A DNA stretch of 64,000 nucleotides from Bacteroidales bacterium (GCA_017552705.1 JAFZOY010000094.1:21286-85285); one strand, 5' to 3'; shown: positions 37,429 through 46,631, numbered from the stretch's first letter. A program made the numbers and translations. Notes: a model not told the origin generated them from the sequence alone.

Positions 37429-38760
37429 ATGAAAACAAATGTACTATTACTGATTTTTGGAGTGACGATTTTCACATCGTGTGCTTCAGTCGTTACATTT
37501 AATGAGCGATATTCCTCGTTAGACGTAACTGAACCGAATGCAGTCTATGCATCGCCGTCAACTTCGAGTTCTCAACCAGCTTCAGCAACTGATGAAGATT
37601 CAGTTATTGACGAAGACAGAATTGCGTCGTCGGAGGAATTTTTCGATGACGACCATTACTATTCACGTCGTTTGATGGTTTCCTATGATCCAACGTGGGA
37701 TGTTTCTTTCCGCATTGGTGGTCCATATTGGTCGATAGGATATTATCCATTCGGACGTAGTTACTATTATTATGACTACGATTACTGGTATCCATATTCA
37801 TATCGGTATTGGCATCGTCCATACTATTACTCATATTATTATGGATATCCATATTATTCGTACTATCATCCACACTATTATCGTCATTATTCAAGACCTG
37901 CGTATCATCACCACCACCACTATGCATACGACAGACCATCGTCGTACAGACATGCTCCGAATAGAACCTATGGACCTCGTTCAACGGTTGCGACAAGAAC
38001 AAATGGTTCGTACAATGCACAAGGGGGAAGCTCTGATGGTACAAAATCACAAAGTCGTGTGGCTGGAAGTCCTGCAAATTCTTCGAGAACAACATCGGGC
38101 AGACCAACAAGCTCGACTTCGGGCTCATCATCGAAGTCGTATTCAAACCAATCGTCTTCACGTGTGAACGGAGCTCCTGCAAATTCTTCGAGAACAACGT
38201 CAGGCCGACCAACAAGTTCATCATCGAGCACTTCGTCGAGCCAAAAGTCATATTCGAATCAATCGTCAGGACGTGTAAACGGGGCGCCGGCAAATTCGTC
38301 ACGTACAACATCGGGCAGACCTACGACTTCATCGTCAAGTTCGTCTTCAACTTCTTCGTCGAGCCAGAAGTCGTATTCAACCCAATCGTCGGGACAATCA
38401 ACGGGTGCACCGTCAAATTCATCACGTACGTCGTCGGGTAGGGCAACGAGTTCATCAACAAGTTCGTCTTCGAGCCAAAAATCATATTCAGGTTCGTCAT
38501 CGAGCAGCCGAAGCAGCTATTCAAGAGGACCACAGGGCTCACCGCAAGGTGCTTCTTCTACAAGAAGTTACAGTAGCAAGCCAAGCAGTAGTTCTTCGCA
38601 CTCGTCAAGCTCGTCGTACCATTCGTCTCGACCAAGCAGCAGCTCTTCGCACTCGTCAAGTTCGTATAGCTCATCTCGGTCGAGTGGCGGTTCTTCGCAT
38701 AGCTCGTCGTACGGCTCTTCACGTGGTGGCTCTTCTCACAGTTCGTCTTCAAGAAGATAG
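37429..38760 (+). CDS. Low-complexity lipoprotein: acidic N-region, Tyr/His-rich block, Ser-rich tandem repeats
   Basis: Lipobox (IFTSCAS). In residues 105-167, 29 of 63 are Tyr, plus an HHHHH run. Residues ~209-356 are 35-41-aa repeats (RVNGAPANSSRTTSGRPT..SSQKSYSNQSS). The C-tail is SSSHSSS-type. Confidence 0.75.
   Translation: MKTNVLLLIFGVTIFTSCASVVTFNERYSSLDVTEPNAVYASPSTSSSQPASATDEDSVIDEDRIASSEEFFDDDHYYSRRLMVSYDPTWDVSFRIGGPYWSIGYYPFGRSYYYYDYDYWYPYSYRYWHRPYYYSYYYGYPYYSYYHPHYYRHYSRPAYHHHHHYAYDRPSSYRHAPNRTYGPRSTVATRTNGSYNAQGGSSDGTKSQSRVAGSPANSSRTTSGRPTSSTSGSSSKSYSNQSSSRVNGAPANSSRTTSGRPTSSSSSTSSSQKSYSNQSSGRVNGAPANSSRTTSGRPTTSSSSSSSTSSSSQKSYSTQSSGQSTGAPSNSSRTSSGRATSSSTSSSSSQKSYSGSSSSSRSSYSRGPQGSPQGASSTRSYSSKPSSSSSHSSSSSYHSSRPSSSSSHSSSSYSSSRSSGGSSHSSSYGSSRGGSSHSSSSRR
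38053..38496 (+). repeat. In-frame tandem repeats (about 105-123 nt, ~4 units) inside the Ser-rich gene
   Basis: Repeated DNA/protein units: SRVAGSPANSSRTTSGRPTSS.. / SRVNGAPANSSRTTSGRPTSS.. / GRVNGAPANSSRTTSGRPTTS.. / QSTGAPSNSSRTSSGRATSS.. Confidence 0.8.
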
Positions 38761-38803
38761 TTTAATTAAAAGTTTTATGTATATTTGCAAAAAATAAAGT
38801 GAC

Positions 38804-40270
38804 ATGAAAAAGATAAATTTAATAGTAGCGGGGCTGGTTGGTGCATTGACATTGCAGGCCCAAGATTTCAATAGCGCATTGCGTTTTAGTGAATCGTTTG
38901 TGGAAGGCGATGGCCGCTATATGGCTATGGCGGGTGCATTATCATCGTTGGGCGGCAATGTGAGCGCAATGAGTGTGAACCCGGCAAGTTCGGCATCGTT
39001 TAAAAAATCAGTGCTTGAATTGTCTCCAGCGTACATATATACAAAGTCTGAAAACTATTACCGTGGCTACGGCAAAGCGTTTTCAAGTGCCTTGAAGATG
39101 CCAAGTATGGGACTTTTGTACTACAAACCGATGGCTCAAAATGAGATTTTCGTTTCAGGTTTGTCGTTTGGCTTTTCGTATAATGCACAAAATCGTTATG
39201 CTGAAACACTTAATTTCACGAATAATAAACCAAATTCTTCATTGACAGATGATTTCCTACGAATCGGTACTATAAAAGGTACAGGAAGCAGGGATGATTC
39301 GTACGAAAAAATGGCATGGGATTCGTACTTGATAAATTATGATGACGGTACGGACACGTACTATAGCGATTTTGTTGATAAGAATGGTGTCGCAGATTAC
39401 AGCGGATTGAACCAAAATATTCAAATAGAACGTGACGGACAAAAGAATGAATATTTGTTCAATTTTGGCGTGAACTTCACTGAATGGGTTTATTTTGGTG
39501 CCGACTTGTCGTTGACAAATATGTATTTCAGAGAAACTCGCGTGATTACTGAAACAGTTGATAACAATGGCGAACTTGATAAATTTTCTTATATGGAGGA
39601 TTACGATTTGACAGGAAATGGCGTGGGTGGTAAGTTTGGTGTGATTGTCCGTCCAATTGAATATGTCCGCATTGGTGCCGCTGTTCATACTCCTGTAACA
39701 TATAATATCAGCGAAGATGGTGAAACAACGTTGGATGTGTATTATAACAAAGACGTAAATGGTTCTACGCATCATCGTCCTCAACCATATTCGTATGTGT
39801 ATGACTACAAAATCGGTCAACCTGCAAAATTCGTTGGTTCTTTAGGTTTTGTGTATAAGAATGTGGCAAATATCGGTGTTGACTTTGAGTCAATGAATTA
39901 CTCTCAATGTACATTCACATCTGACGATGCATTATTGATGAATCAAAGCAATCAGATTACCGACGAGTTGAAGGCTGCTAACAACATTAAGTGTGGTGGC
40001 GAATTCCGTTATGGTCCATTCATGTTCAGAGCTGGTTACGCTATGTATGGCAATCCTTATAAGAATGCCACTGACGATAAATTCTATCGTAACGATTACT
40101 CGGCAGGTGTTGGCTTGGCAACAAACACAGTGTATTGTGACTTGGCTTGGTTGCGTGCTAAATCAAAACAAACCAACGATTTCTATCGCGATTTGAAAGG
40201 AAATATTGTGAATTCAAGTTCAACCATCAAACGTGATAATATAACATTTACTATCGGATTCAAGTTCTAA
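38804..40270 (+). CDS. FadL/OmpP1-like outer-membrane beta-barrel protein (function unknown)
   Basis: Signal peptide (LTLQAQD). N-terminal 'GRYMAMAGALSSLGGNVSAMSVNPAS' resembles the FadL/PorV-type hatch motif. The C-terminal '..TFTIGFKF' is a barrel terminus. Confidence 0.7.
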   Translation: MKKINLIVAGLVGALTLQAQDFNSALRFSESFVEGDGRYMAMAGALSSLGGNVSAMSVNPASSASFKKSVLELSPAYIYTKSENYYRGYGKAFSSALKMPSMGLLYYKPMAQNEIFVSGLSFGFSYNAQNRYAETLNFTNNKPNSSLTDDFLRIGTIKGTGSRDDSYEKMAWDSYLINYDDGTDTYYSDFVDKNGVADYSGLNQNIQIERDGQKNEYLFNFGVNFTEWVYFGADLSLTNMYFRETRVITETVDNNGELDKFSYMEDYDLTGNGVGGKFGVIVRPIEYVRIGAAVHTPVTYNISEDGETTLDVYYNKDVNGSTHHRPQPYSYVYDYKIGQPAKFVGSLGFVYKNVANIGVDFESMNYSQCTFTSDDALLMNQSNQITDELKAANNIKCGGEFRYGPFMFRAGYAMYGNPYKNATDDKFYRNDYSAGVGLATNTVYCDLAWLRAKSKQTNDFYRDLKGNIVNSSSTIKRDNITFTIGFKF

Positions 40271-40291
40271 AAGTACTAATCCGTAATTGAT

Positions 40292-40327
40292 AAAGGCGAC
40301 TTCGGTATGAGGTCGCCTTTTTTATTG
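40292..40327 (+). terminator. Intrinsic terminator after the FadL-like gene
   Basis: AAAGGCGACttcggtatgagGTCGCCTTTtttatt: a 9-bp stem followed by a T-run, 22 nt after the stop. Confidence 0.85.
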
Positions 40328-40410
40328 TAAATATCTGGTTAATAAAAAAATCTGTGATAGGTGTTGCCGATAGTGTTTTTTAATATTTTTACCCAGCAAA
40401 AACAACAAGG

Positions 40411-41238
40411 ATGGTTCACGATTGCATATCGACACAGATATTAGTTGACGGAACGTTACGCTCCGCCGCCGACGTACAGATTCCTGAAGGCGCAACGGTG
40501 ATTTACGATGTGCTTCGGGTAATGGATGGCGTTCCTTTGTTTGTTGAAGACCATTCCGTTCGATTCTTCAAATCGTTCGATTTGTCGGGGCGTGTTCGTC
40601 CTTTTGAGGAAGTGTTGTTTGAGCAATCAATCAATCAATTCATTCATCAATATGGTGTTGTAAACGGAAATATTCGTTGTGTGTATAGTATTTCGGCAAC
40701 GGAACAGTCGCAATTCCTTGTGTACGAAATAAAACACTCATATCCGACAGCGGAAATGTATGCGCAGGGTGTTCCGTGCGGAACCTTTATTGGGGAACGG
40801 GCTAATCCAAATGTGAAACAGGAAGCGGCGGTGAAAAACAACGCATATAAGAAAATCGCCGAAACAGGAGTTTACGAAGTTTTGTTGGTTGATTCTCAAA
40901 ATAATGTGACAGAAGGTAGCAAGTCAAATACATTCTTTGTAAAAGGCGACACAATAGTTACTGCATTGGCACAAGATGTATTGTGCGGAATCACACGCTT
41001 GCAAATCATTGATTTGATACATTTATTGCATATTCCATTGGAAGAGAGGAAGATAGCGTTGTCGGAATTGCAAGATTTTGATGCGGCGTTTATTTCGGGA
41101 ACTTCACCAAAAGTGTTGCCGATACGATGTGTTGATGCCGTTGAATACAAAGTGCAAAATGCAGTTGTACAGCGACTTGCGGAAGCTTATGATAAACAGA
41201 TTTTTGAATATATAGAAAATTATAAACGAAAAAAATGA
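40411..41238 (+). CDS. Aminotransferase class IV (ADC lyase / branched-chain aminotransferase-like)
   Basis: 275 aa. Fold-type IV PLP pattern ('NTFFVKGDTIVT', 'CGITR', 'AFISGT'). 4-nt overlap with ddl. Confidence 0.75.
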   Translation: MVHDCISTQILVDGTLRSAADVQIPEGATVIYDVLRVMDGVPLFVEDHSVRFFKSFDLSGRVRPFEEVLFEQSINQFIHQYGVVNGNIRCVYSISATEQSQFLVYEIKHSYPTAEMYAQGVPCGTFIGERANPNVKQEAAVKNNAYKKIAETGVYEVLLVDSQNNVTEGSKSNTFFVKGDTIVTALAQDVLCGITRLQIIDLIHLLHIPLEERKIALSELQDFDAAFISGTSPKVLPIRCVDAVEYKVQNAVVQRLAEAYDKQIFEYIENYKRKK

Positions 41239-42221
41239 AAAAGAAGATTGCTGTTGTTGGAGGTAGTTTCACTTCCGAATCGGATATTTCAAAGAATAGT
41301 GCCATTCAGGTGAGTGGAATGATTGATGCGAACAAATATGATGTATATACAGTGTTCATTTCGCACGGAGACTGGATGGTGCAACTGCCCGAAGGGGAAG
41401 TGCCAATTAACAAAAGTGATTTTTCGTTTCAATATAATGGAAAGAAAATAACATTTGACTGTGTGTATAACTCAATACACGGTACACCGGGCGAAGACGG
41501 ACAAATGCCTGGATATTGGGATTTGTTGGGCATACCATACACCAGTTGTGGCGTGTTTACTGGTTCATTGACCTTTAATAAATATGCGACAAAAACATTC
41601 TTGAAATCGTTTGGCATCAAGACCGCAGATGCTGTTTTGTTGCGTCCATGGAACGAGGTAAATGTTTCCAAAATTATTGAAAAAGTTGGCTTGCCTTGCT
41701 TTGTGAAACCAAACAACGGCGGTTCAAGTTTCGGCGTTTCTAAAGTAAAAACCGAAGCGGATATGGTGCCAGCCATAGAAAAAGCATTTCAGGAAGACAA
41801 TGAGGTTATAATCGAACGGTTTGTAAAAGGTATTGAAGTTTCTGTCGGTGCATACGAAGTGAAAAATGGCGTTCACGTATTGCCAATCACTGAAATACAA
41901 ACAAAAAATGAATTCTTCGATTATCAGGCAAAATATGAAGATGGCTATAGCCAAGAAATAACGCCGGCACAACTTCCTGAGAAAGTAACTGCATTGTGCA
42001 AGGAAGAAACCGCAAAAATCTATAAATATTTGGGCTGTTTTGGTATTTGTCGTGTTGATTTCATAATAACTTCGAACGGCGATATGAATTTCTTGGAAAT
42101 CAATACCAATCCAGGCATGAGTAAAGCAAGCATTGTTCCTAAGCAAATGCGTGCCGAAGGATTGAATGAAGCAGATGTTTTTTCAGCAATTATCGAACAT
42201 TCAATAAAGGTAAAGAAGTAA
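41235..42221 (+). CDS. ddl: D-alanine--D-alanine ligase
   Basis: 'IHGTPGEDGQMPGYWDLLGIPYT', ATP-grasp 'CFVKPNNGGSSFGVSKV' and 'RVDFII...FLEINTNPGMS' motifs. 328 aa. Confidence 0.95.
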   Translation: MKKKIAVVGGSFTSESDISKNSAIQVSGMIDANKYDVYTVFISHGDWMVQLPEGEVPINKSDFSFQYNGKKITFDCVYNSIHGTPGEDGQMPGYWDLLGIPYTSCGVFTGSLTFNKYATKTFLKSFGIKTADAVLLRPWNEVNVSKIIEKVGLPCFVKPNNGGSSFGVSKVKTEADMVPAIEKAFQEDNEVIIERFVKGIEVSVGAYEVKNGVHVLPITEIQTKNEFFDYQAKYEDGYSQEITPAQLPEKVTALCKEETAKIYKYLGCFGICRVDFIITSNGDMNFLEINTNPGMSKASIVPKQMRAEGLNEADVFSAIIEHSIKVKK

Positions 42222-42244
42222 CGATAAATAAATATAAAAGACTG

Positions 42245-42285
42245 GAAATCCCGAATCAAACACCTATTGATTCGGGATTTTTTGT
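42245..42285 (+). terminator. Intrinsic terminator after ddl
   Basis: GAAATCCCGAATCAAacacctaTTGATTCGGGATTTttttg: a 14-bp stem followed by a T-run. Confidence 0.9.
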
Positions 42286-42360
42286 TATGAAAAAAGCCAT
42301 ATCTTTGAAAAATAAAAGCTAAGGCACGGACATGTGCCACAATGGAAGAAACTAAAAGAT

Positions 42361-43896
42361 ATGCTTGTAAAAACGTATGGAGGTGCGGTAAATGGTATAG
42401 ACGCACGAATTATCACAGTTGAGACAGATATTGTCAGCGGTGTGAATTTCTATCTGGTGGGATTGCCGGATAGTGCAGTAAAAGAAAGTCAGCAGCGGAT
42501 AGAATCGGCGTTGCGGAGCGTGGGGTATCAGTTGCCCGGGCGAAAAATCACCATAAATATGGCTCCCGCCGATTTGCGGAAAGAAGGCACGGCCTACGAT
42601 TTGACGCTTGCCATTGGTATTCTTGCCGCCTCAAAGCAAATTACCGAAGAACGGGTGGGGGAATATCTCATTATGGGCGAATTATCGCTCGACGGAGGCG
42701 TTCATCGTATCAATGGAGCGTTGTCGATGGCAATCGAGGCACGAAAATTCGGTTTCAAAGGTTTTATCCTACCCAAGGAAAATGCCTACGAAGCGGCTGT
42801 GGTGAACGATTTGGACGTGTATGGCGTGGAAAATATCAAGGAAGTGATTGATTTCTTTGAGGGAAAACGTGAGTTGGAGAAAACTGAAATCAATACGCGA
42901 GAGGAATTCTTCAAGCACATAGTTAATTGTACCTACGATTTCTCCGATGTGAAAGGTCAGGAAAATGTGAAACGGGCGTTGGAAATTGCCGCCGCAGGAG
43001 GACACAATCTCATTATGATAGGCCCTCCGGGAGCGGGAAAGACGATGTTGGCAAAGCGAATTGTCTCCATTCTGCCCCCGTTGACCTTACACGAGGCGTT
43101 GGAAACCACAAAGATTCATTCTGTTGCTGGGAAATTGGGCGGCCACGTTTCGCTGATGACCGAACGGCCGTTTCGTTCCCCGCACCATACGGTGAGCGAT
43201 GTGGCTCTTGTTGGTGGAGGCCAATATCCGCAACCAGGGGAGATTTCGTTGGCACACAATGGCGTGCTGTTTTTAGACGAATTGCCCGAGTTTAAGCGTC
43301 AAGTTTTGGAAGTAATGCGACAACCGTTGGAAGACAGACGTATCAATATTTCTCGGGCAAAATTCTCGGTGGATTATCCTGCAAGTTTTATGTTGATTGC
43401 TTCTATGAATCCTTGTCCTTGTGGATATTACAACCATCCCGAGAAACAGTGTGTATGCGGTCCGGGTGTCGTGCAGAAATATCTGAATAGGATTTCTGGT
43501 CCATTGCTGGATAGAATAGATATACACATAGAAGTCGTTCCAGTTCCTTTTGAAGAATTGTCGAAGAAAACGCAGACGGAAACGAGTGCGGAAATACGTG
43601 AACGTGTGGTGAAATGCCGTGAGATTCAGCATCGTAGGTTTGCCGAGTTGCCCATTTTCTGCAATGCACAGATGGATGCGAAACAGTTACGGCAATACTG
43701 CGTTTTGAACGATGACTGCCAAGCCCTTTTGAAAACAGCTATGGAAAAGTTAGGATTGTCGGCACGGGCATACGACAGAATCATAAAAGTGGCTCGTACC
43801 ATTGCCGATTTGGCTCAGTCGGAGAATATCGAAACCGAACATTTGGCGGAGGCGATTCAATATAGAAGTTTGGACCGTGAGCATTGGGCAGGATAG
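42361..43896 (+). CDS. YifB/ComM family Mg-chelatase-like AAA+ ATPase
   Basis: N-terminal Lon-protease-like (ChlI) domain, Walker A '[11 protein letters not shown]', 'LFLDELPEF' and a C-terminal '[17 protein letters not shown]'. Start set to ATG 42361. Confidence 0.92.
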   Translation: MLVKTYGGAVNGIDARIITVETDIVSGVNFYLVGLPDSAVKESQQRIESALRSVGYQLPGRKITINMAPADLRKEGTAYDLTLAIGILAASKQITEERVGEYLIMGELSLDGGVHRINGALSMAIEARKFGFKGFILPKENAYEAAVVNDLDVYGVENIKEVIDFFEGKRELEKTEINTREEFFKHIVNCTYDFSDVKGQENVKRALEIAAAGGHNLIMIGPPGAGKTMLAKRIVSILPPLTLHEALETTKIHSVAGKLGGHVSLMTERPFRSPHHTVSDVALVGGGQYPQPGEISLAHNGVLFLDELPEFKRQVLEVMRQPLEDRRINISRAKFSVDYPASFMLIASMNPCPCGYYNHPEKQCVCGPGVVQKYLNRISGPLLDRIDIHIEVVPVPFEELSKKTQTETSAEIRERVVKCREIQHRRFAELPIFCNAQMDAKQLRQYCVLNDDCQALLKTAMEKLGLSARAYDRIIKVARTIADLAQSENIETEHLAEAIQYRSLDREHWAG

Positions 43897-43960
43897 ATTC
43901 TTTGAGTAAAAAACTTGATTTCTCAATGAATTACCGTATTTTTGAAACAAAGAATTTGAT

Positions 43961-44818
43961 ATGACAACAAAACCTACGGTAGCGTTAATATATGACTTCG
44001 ACGGAACCTTGTCGCCTCGGAATATGCAGGAATATGATTTCCTGAAAGATATTGGCATTGAAGATAAAGATGTGTTTTGGCAGGAAGTTGATTCGCTTGT
44101 GAAAAAGCACGAGGCGAGCAATATCCTTTGTTATATGAAGCTGATGATTGATAAATCCCGTATGGCAGGAAAGAGTATCCGCCGTCAGGCTTTTGTCGAT
44201 TATGGGAAAAGTGTGGAATTGTACGATGGGGTAGAAAAATGGTTTGATGTGGTTGAAGAACTTGCCCAGAAATATGATGTTATGGTTGAGCATTATATCA
44301 ATTCATCGGGATTGAAGGAAATGATAGAAGGAACGAAAATCGCTTCGAAATTTAAACAGATTTATGCTTGTTCGTTTTTGTATAACGTTGATGAAATTGC
44401 CGAGTGGCCAGCCGTCGCGGTGGATTTTACCACGAAAACACAATTTTTGTTTATGATAAATAAGGGTATTTCAAACATAAGCGAAAATAGTAGAGTGAAC
44501 GAATATAAACCAGAGGAAGAACGTCCGATTCCATTTAAGCACATGATATACTTCGGCGACGGGGAAACCGATATTCCCTGTATGCGGATGGTGAAACAAT
44601 ATGGTGGAAATTCAATTGCTATCTACAATCCCCAGATTCAAGGAAAGAAAGAATTGGCAAAAAAACTGATTCACGAAAATCGTGTGAATTTTGCCTGTGC
44701 CGCCGATTATTCCGAAGGAAGCGAAATTCATAAAATAGTTGAATCGATATTGTCGCAAATCAAATCGAATTTTGATTTCCGTCAATTGGAAAAACAGAAT
44801 CAGGGGAAATTGGAATAA
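43961..44818 (+). CDS. HAD superfamily hydrolase (subfamily unclear)
   Basis: 'ALIYDFDGTLS' (DxDxT motif I) and 'IYFGDGETDIPCM' (motif IV). 285 aa. Its stop lies 1 nt before the left 24-bp topB-start repeat. Confidence 0.8.
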   Translation: MTTKPTVALIYDFDGTLSPRNMQEYDFLKDIGIEDKDVFWQEVDSLVKKHEASNILCYMKLMIDKSRMAGKSIRRQAFVDYGKSVELYDGVEKWFDVVEELAQKYDVMVEHYINSSGLKEMIEGTKIASKFKQIYACSFLYNVDEIAEWPAVAVDFTTKTQFLFMINKGISNISENSRVNEYKPEEERPIPFKHMIYFGDGETDIPCMRMVKQYGGNSIAIYNPQIQGKKELAKKLIHENRVNFACAADYSEGSEIHKIVESILSQIKSNFDFRQLEKQNQGKLE

Positions 44819-44819
44819 G

Positions 44820-44843
44820 ATGATAGTCTGCATTGCTGAAAAA
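44820..44843 (+). repeat. Left copy of the 24-bp direct repeat (relic topB start, putative attL core)
   Basis: atgatagtctgCattgctgaaaaa matches 56222-56245 at 23/24 positions. It encodes MIVCIAEK and then runs into an unrelated 21-codon tail. Similarity ends sharply after nt 24. Confidence 0.85.
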
Positions 44844-44952
44844 AGAAATTTGAGGTTTAAAATCGAAAATAGTATTATATTGTTATTTTTACCGAAACAA
44901 AAATTTTAACAAAACAGAAATAGAAAATTAATACATATTTGAGCTTTACGCT

Positions 44953-45091
44953 CTTATTCTCGGGCTGAAAAATCTGGTAAATTTTTATAGACGAGAGGAT
45001 AAGTAAGCGAGAGGTTCACGTCTCAAGGCGTGAGTTGTTTTCGTGCTTATTTATCGTCATCGGTTTACCAGAGCCTTCAGTTCTAAATAAG
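44953..45091 (+). other. ~139-nt imperfect long hairpin (candidate structured RNA leader/sRNA or element-end DNA hairpin)
   Basis: Nested helices: 44953-58/45086-91, 44962-69/45076-83, 44973-81/45064-72 (9 bp perfect), 44987-93/45055-60, 44999-45008/45045-54 and 45016-20/45029-33. There is no ORF. It ends 27 nt before the HTH ATG. Confidence 0.35.
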
Positions 45092-45117
45092 CAATAAAAC
45101 GGACGATTCACGCTTTT

Positions 45118-45330
45118 ATGATTTATATAGGACAGCACATAGAAAAAGAACTCCACAAGCAAAACAAAACAGTTACTTGGTTTGCCCGTCAGTTGGGGTG
45201 TAGCCGTACCAATGTGTATAAAATTTTTGCCAAGAAAGCGATAGACACCGATTCCCTCGTTCAGATTTCAAGGATTCTTACGTTTGATTTTTTCGCACTA
45301 TATACCGAGGAATTAAAAATTAAGAGTTAA
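45118..45330 (+). CDS. Small helix-turn-helix (XRE-like) DNA-binding protein
   Basis: 70 aa. 'TVTWFARQLGCSRTNVYKIFAKKAIDTDSLVQISRIL' is a classic HTH + recognition helix pattern common in small Bacteroidetes regulators. Confidence 0.75.
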   Translation: MIYIGQHIEKELHKQNKTVTWFARQLGCSRTNVYKIFAKKAIDTDSLVQISRILTFDFFALYTEELKIKS

Positions 45331-45377
45331 GAATTGTATGTATAACCTATGAGCCCCCCCCACATTAACAACAAAAA

Positions 45378-45434
45378 AAGGGCAAATTATTCGATATTTT
45401 ACACCATATAAGGGGCAAATTATCGAGTTATTTT
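45378..45434 (+). promoter_or_regulatory. Two direct repeats (candidate operator half-sites)
   Basis: aaGGGCAAATTATtcgatatttt (45378-45400) and aagGGGCAAATTATcgagttatttt (45410-45434). They share a perfect 11-nt core spaced 33 nt apart, between the HTH gene and the lipoprotein operon. Confidence 0.3.
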
Positions 45435-45497
45435 CGCCCTAATTTTACTTACAGCCAAATATTTAATCAAATTATTCGCTGTAATTATGTAAAAATT

Positions 45498-45537
45498 CTG
45501 TAGCCAAATGGTTTACATATCAACCTTTTGGCTACAG
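45498..45537. promoter_or_regulatory. Perfect 11-bp inverted repeat (hairpin/operator)
   Basis: CTGTAGCCAAA-18 nt-TTTGGCTACAG, 90 nt upstream of the lipoprotein operon ATG. No T-run follows, so it is not a canonical terminator. Confidence 0.4.
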
Positions 45538-45626
45538 TGTTCCATAAAGAAAAGCCTTGTTATTTATTATTTTTGGAAAATATGAATTTGTAATTTTTGA
45601 AAAATTATTTCACTTAAAATTGATAT

Positions 45627-46628
45627 ATGAAAACTAAATTTATTCTATGTGCCGCAATGGCTACACTTATAGTGGTATCGTGCGGAAGTTCTGAGAATCA
45701 AAGCGGAAGTTCTTCAAGTGAGGAATTGGTTGATGTTACGGAACAACAGAAACCCAAGTTGATGGTAGTTCCAAGTGACCAATTGCTGAATCAATTTAAT
45801 ATGTTGAAGCAAGAAAATGCACAAGGAAAAACGCTTTTGATTCGTGATTACAATGGTTATTTGCTTGCCGATGCCAATTCAAAATTCATTATTTCGTCAA
45901 TTCAAGATGCGTTTATCAAATTTGGATTTCCGTTGAACGATTTTGAACAAACTCTTAAATCAATCAACGACCAAGATATGATTGACGAAGTTGACGGAAT
46001 TAAAAAAGATGCAAAAACAATGTTGTTGACTACGGCAAAACCCGATGTTATACTTGAATTGGATTACAATCTTCGTGAAAATATGGAATCTCGAGGGGTT
46101 GACAAAATGTTGACTTACTCCATTCGTGCCATAGATGCGTTCAGCAACAAGGTGGTTGCCGCAATTCAAGAAGCCGACTATGGGAAAAACACTCCTGTGA
46201 ACAGCGCTGAAAAATTAATGGCTGATGCCTTGGACGTACAAGGAGCAAATTTTACAAAGCAAATAGGAAATTATTTCAACGATATTATTGACAATGGGCG
46301 TACGATTACCGTTCGTGTGACGATAGAAAACGATGCAAACTTAGCTATGTCGGACGAATGTTTGGACAGCGACACTTATACTGATTTTTTGATTGACTAT
46401 GTAAAAAAGAATGCCTATAAAGGAGCATATACGCTTACTCGTAACACCGAAACGGAATTATATTTCACGAATGTGCAAATTCCTACACTGAATGAGGACG
46501 GAACCCAGTTTAGTGCATACGATTTCGCTCGTGCGATGTCGAAAGCACTCAATAAAGGTTGTGGCATGAAATCAAAAAATAGGACCCAAGGTCTTGGCGA
46601 TGCGTTAATATCAATAAAAGGAATGTAG
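45627..46628 (+). CDS. Hypothetical lipoprotein 1 of 3
   Basis: 333 aa with a lipobox (LIVVSCGSS) and a Ser/Glu linker followed by a globular domain. No family assigned with confidence. Confidence 0.8.
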   Translation: MKTKFILCAAMATLIVVSCGSSENQSGSSSSEELVDVTEQQKPKLMVVPSDQLLNQFNMLKQENAQGKTLLIRDYNGYLLADANSKFIISSIQDAFIKFGFPLNDFEQTLKSINDQDMIDEVDGIKKDAKTMLLTTAKPDVILELDYNLRENMESRGVDKMLTYSIRAIDAFSNKVVAAIQEADYGKNTPVNSAEKLMADALDVQGANFTKQIGNYFNDIIDNGRTITVRVTIENDANLAMSDECLDSDTYTDFLIDYVKKNAYKGAYTLTRNTETELYFTNVQIPTLNEDGTQFSAYDFARAMSKALNKGCGMKSKNRTQGLGDALISIKGM

Positions 46629-46631
46629 AAT

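Noticed and set aside
37604-38797. Long alternative-frame and antisense ORFs (235 aa minus; 131 and 130 aa plus) across the Tyr/Ser-rich gene
   Set aside because: They arise from low-complexity codon repeats (TCN/AGY/TAY). Only frame 37429-38760 has a start with a lipoprotein signal and a coherent repeat structure.
44820-44909. 29-codon ORF MIVCIAEKRNLRFKIENSIILLFLPKQKF starting at the left repeat
   Set aside because: Only the first 8 codons derive from topB. The rest is AT-rich junction sequence. I treat it as a relic of the recombination junction, not a gene.
44953-45091. Long hairpin considered as a retron msr/msd, 6S RNA, IS200/IS605-type end, or TnpB/IscB guide RNA
   Set aside because: There is no reverse transcriptase, TnpA/TnpB/IscB or IS110-type gene anywhere in the island. 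At ~139 nt it is shorter than I recall for 6S RNA (roughly 180-190 nt), and I see no central-bubble architecture. It is kept only as an unclassified structured element.
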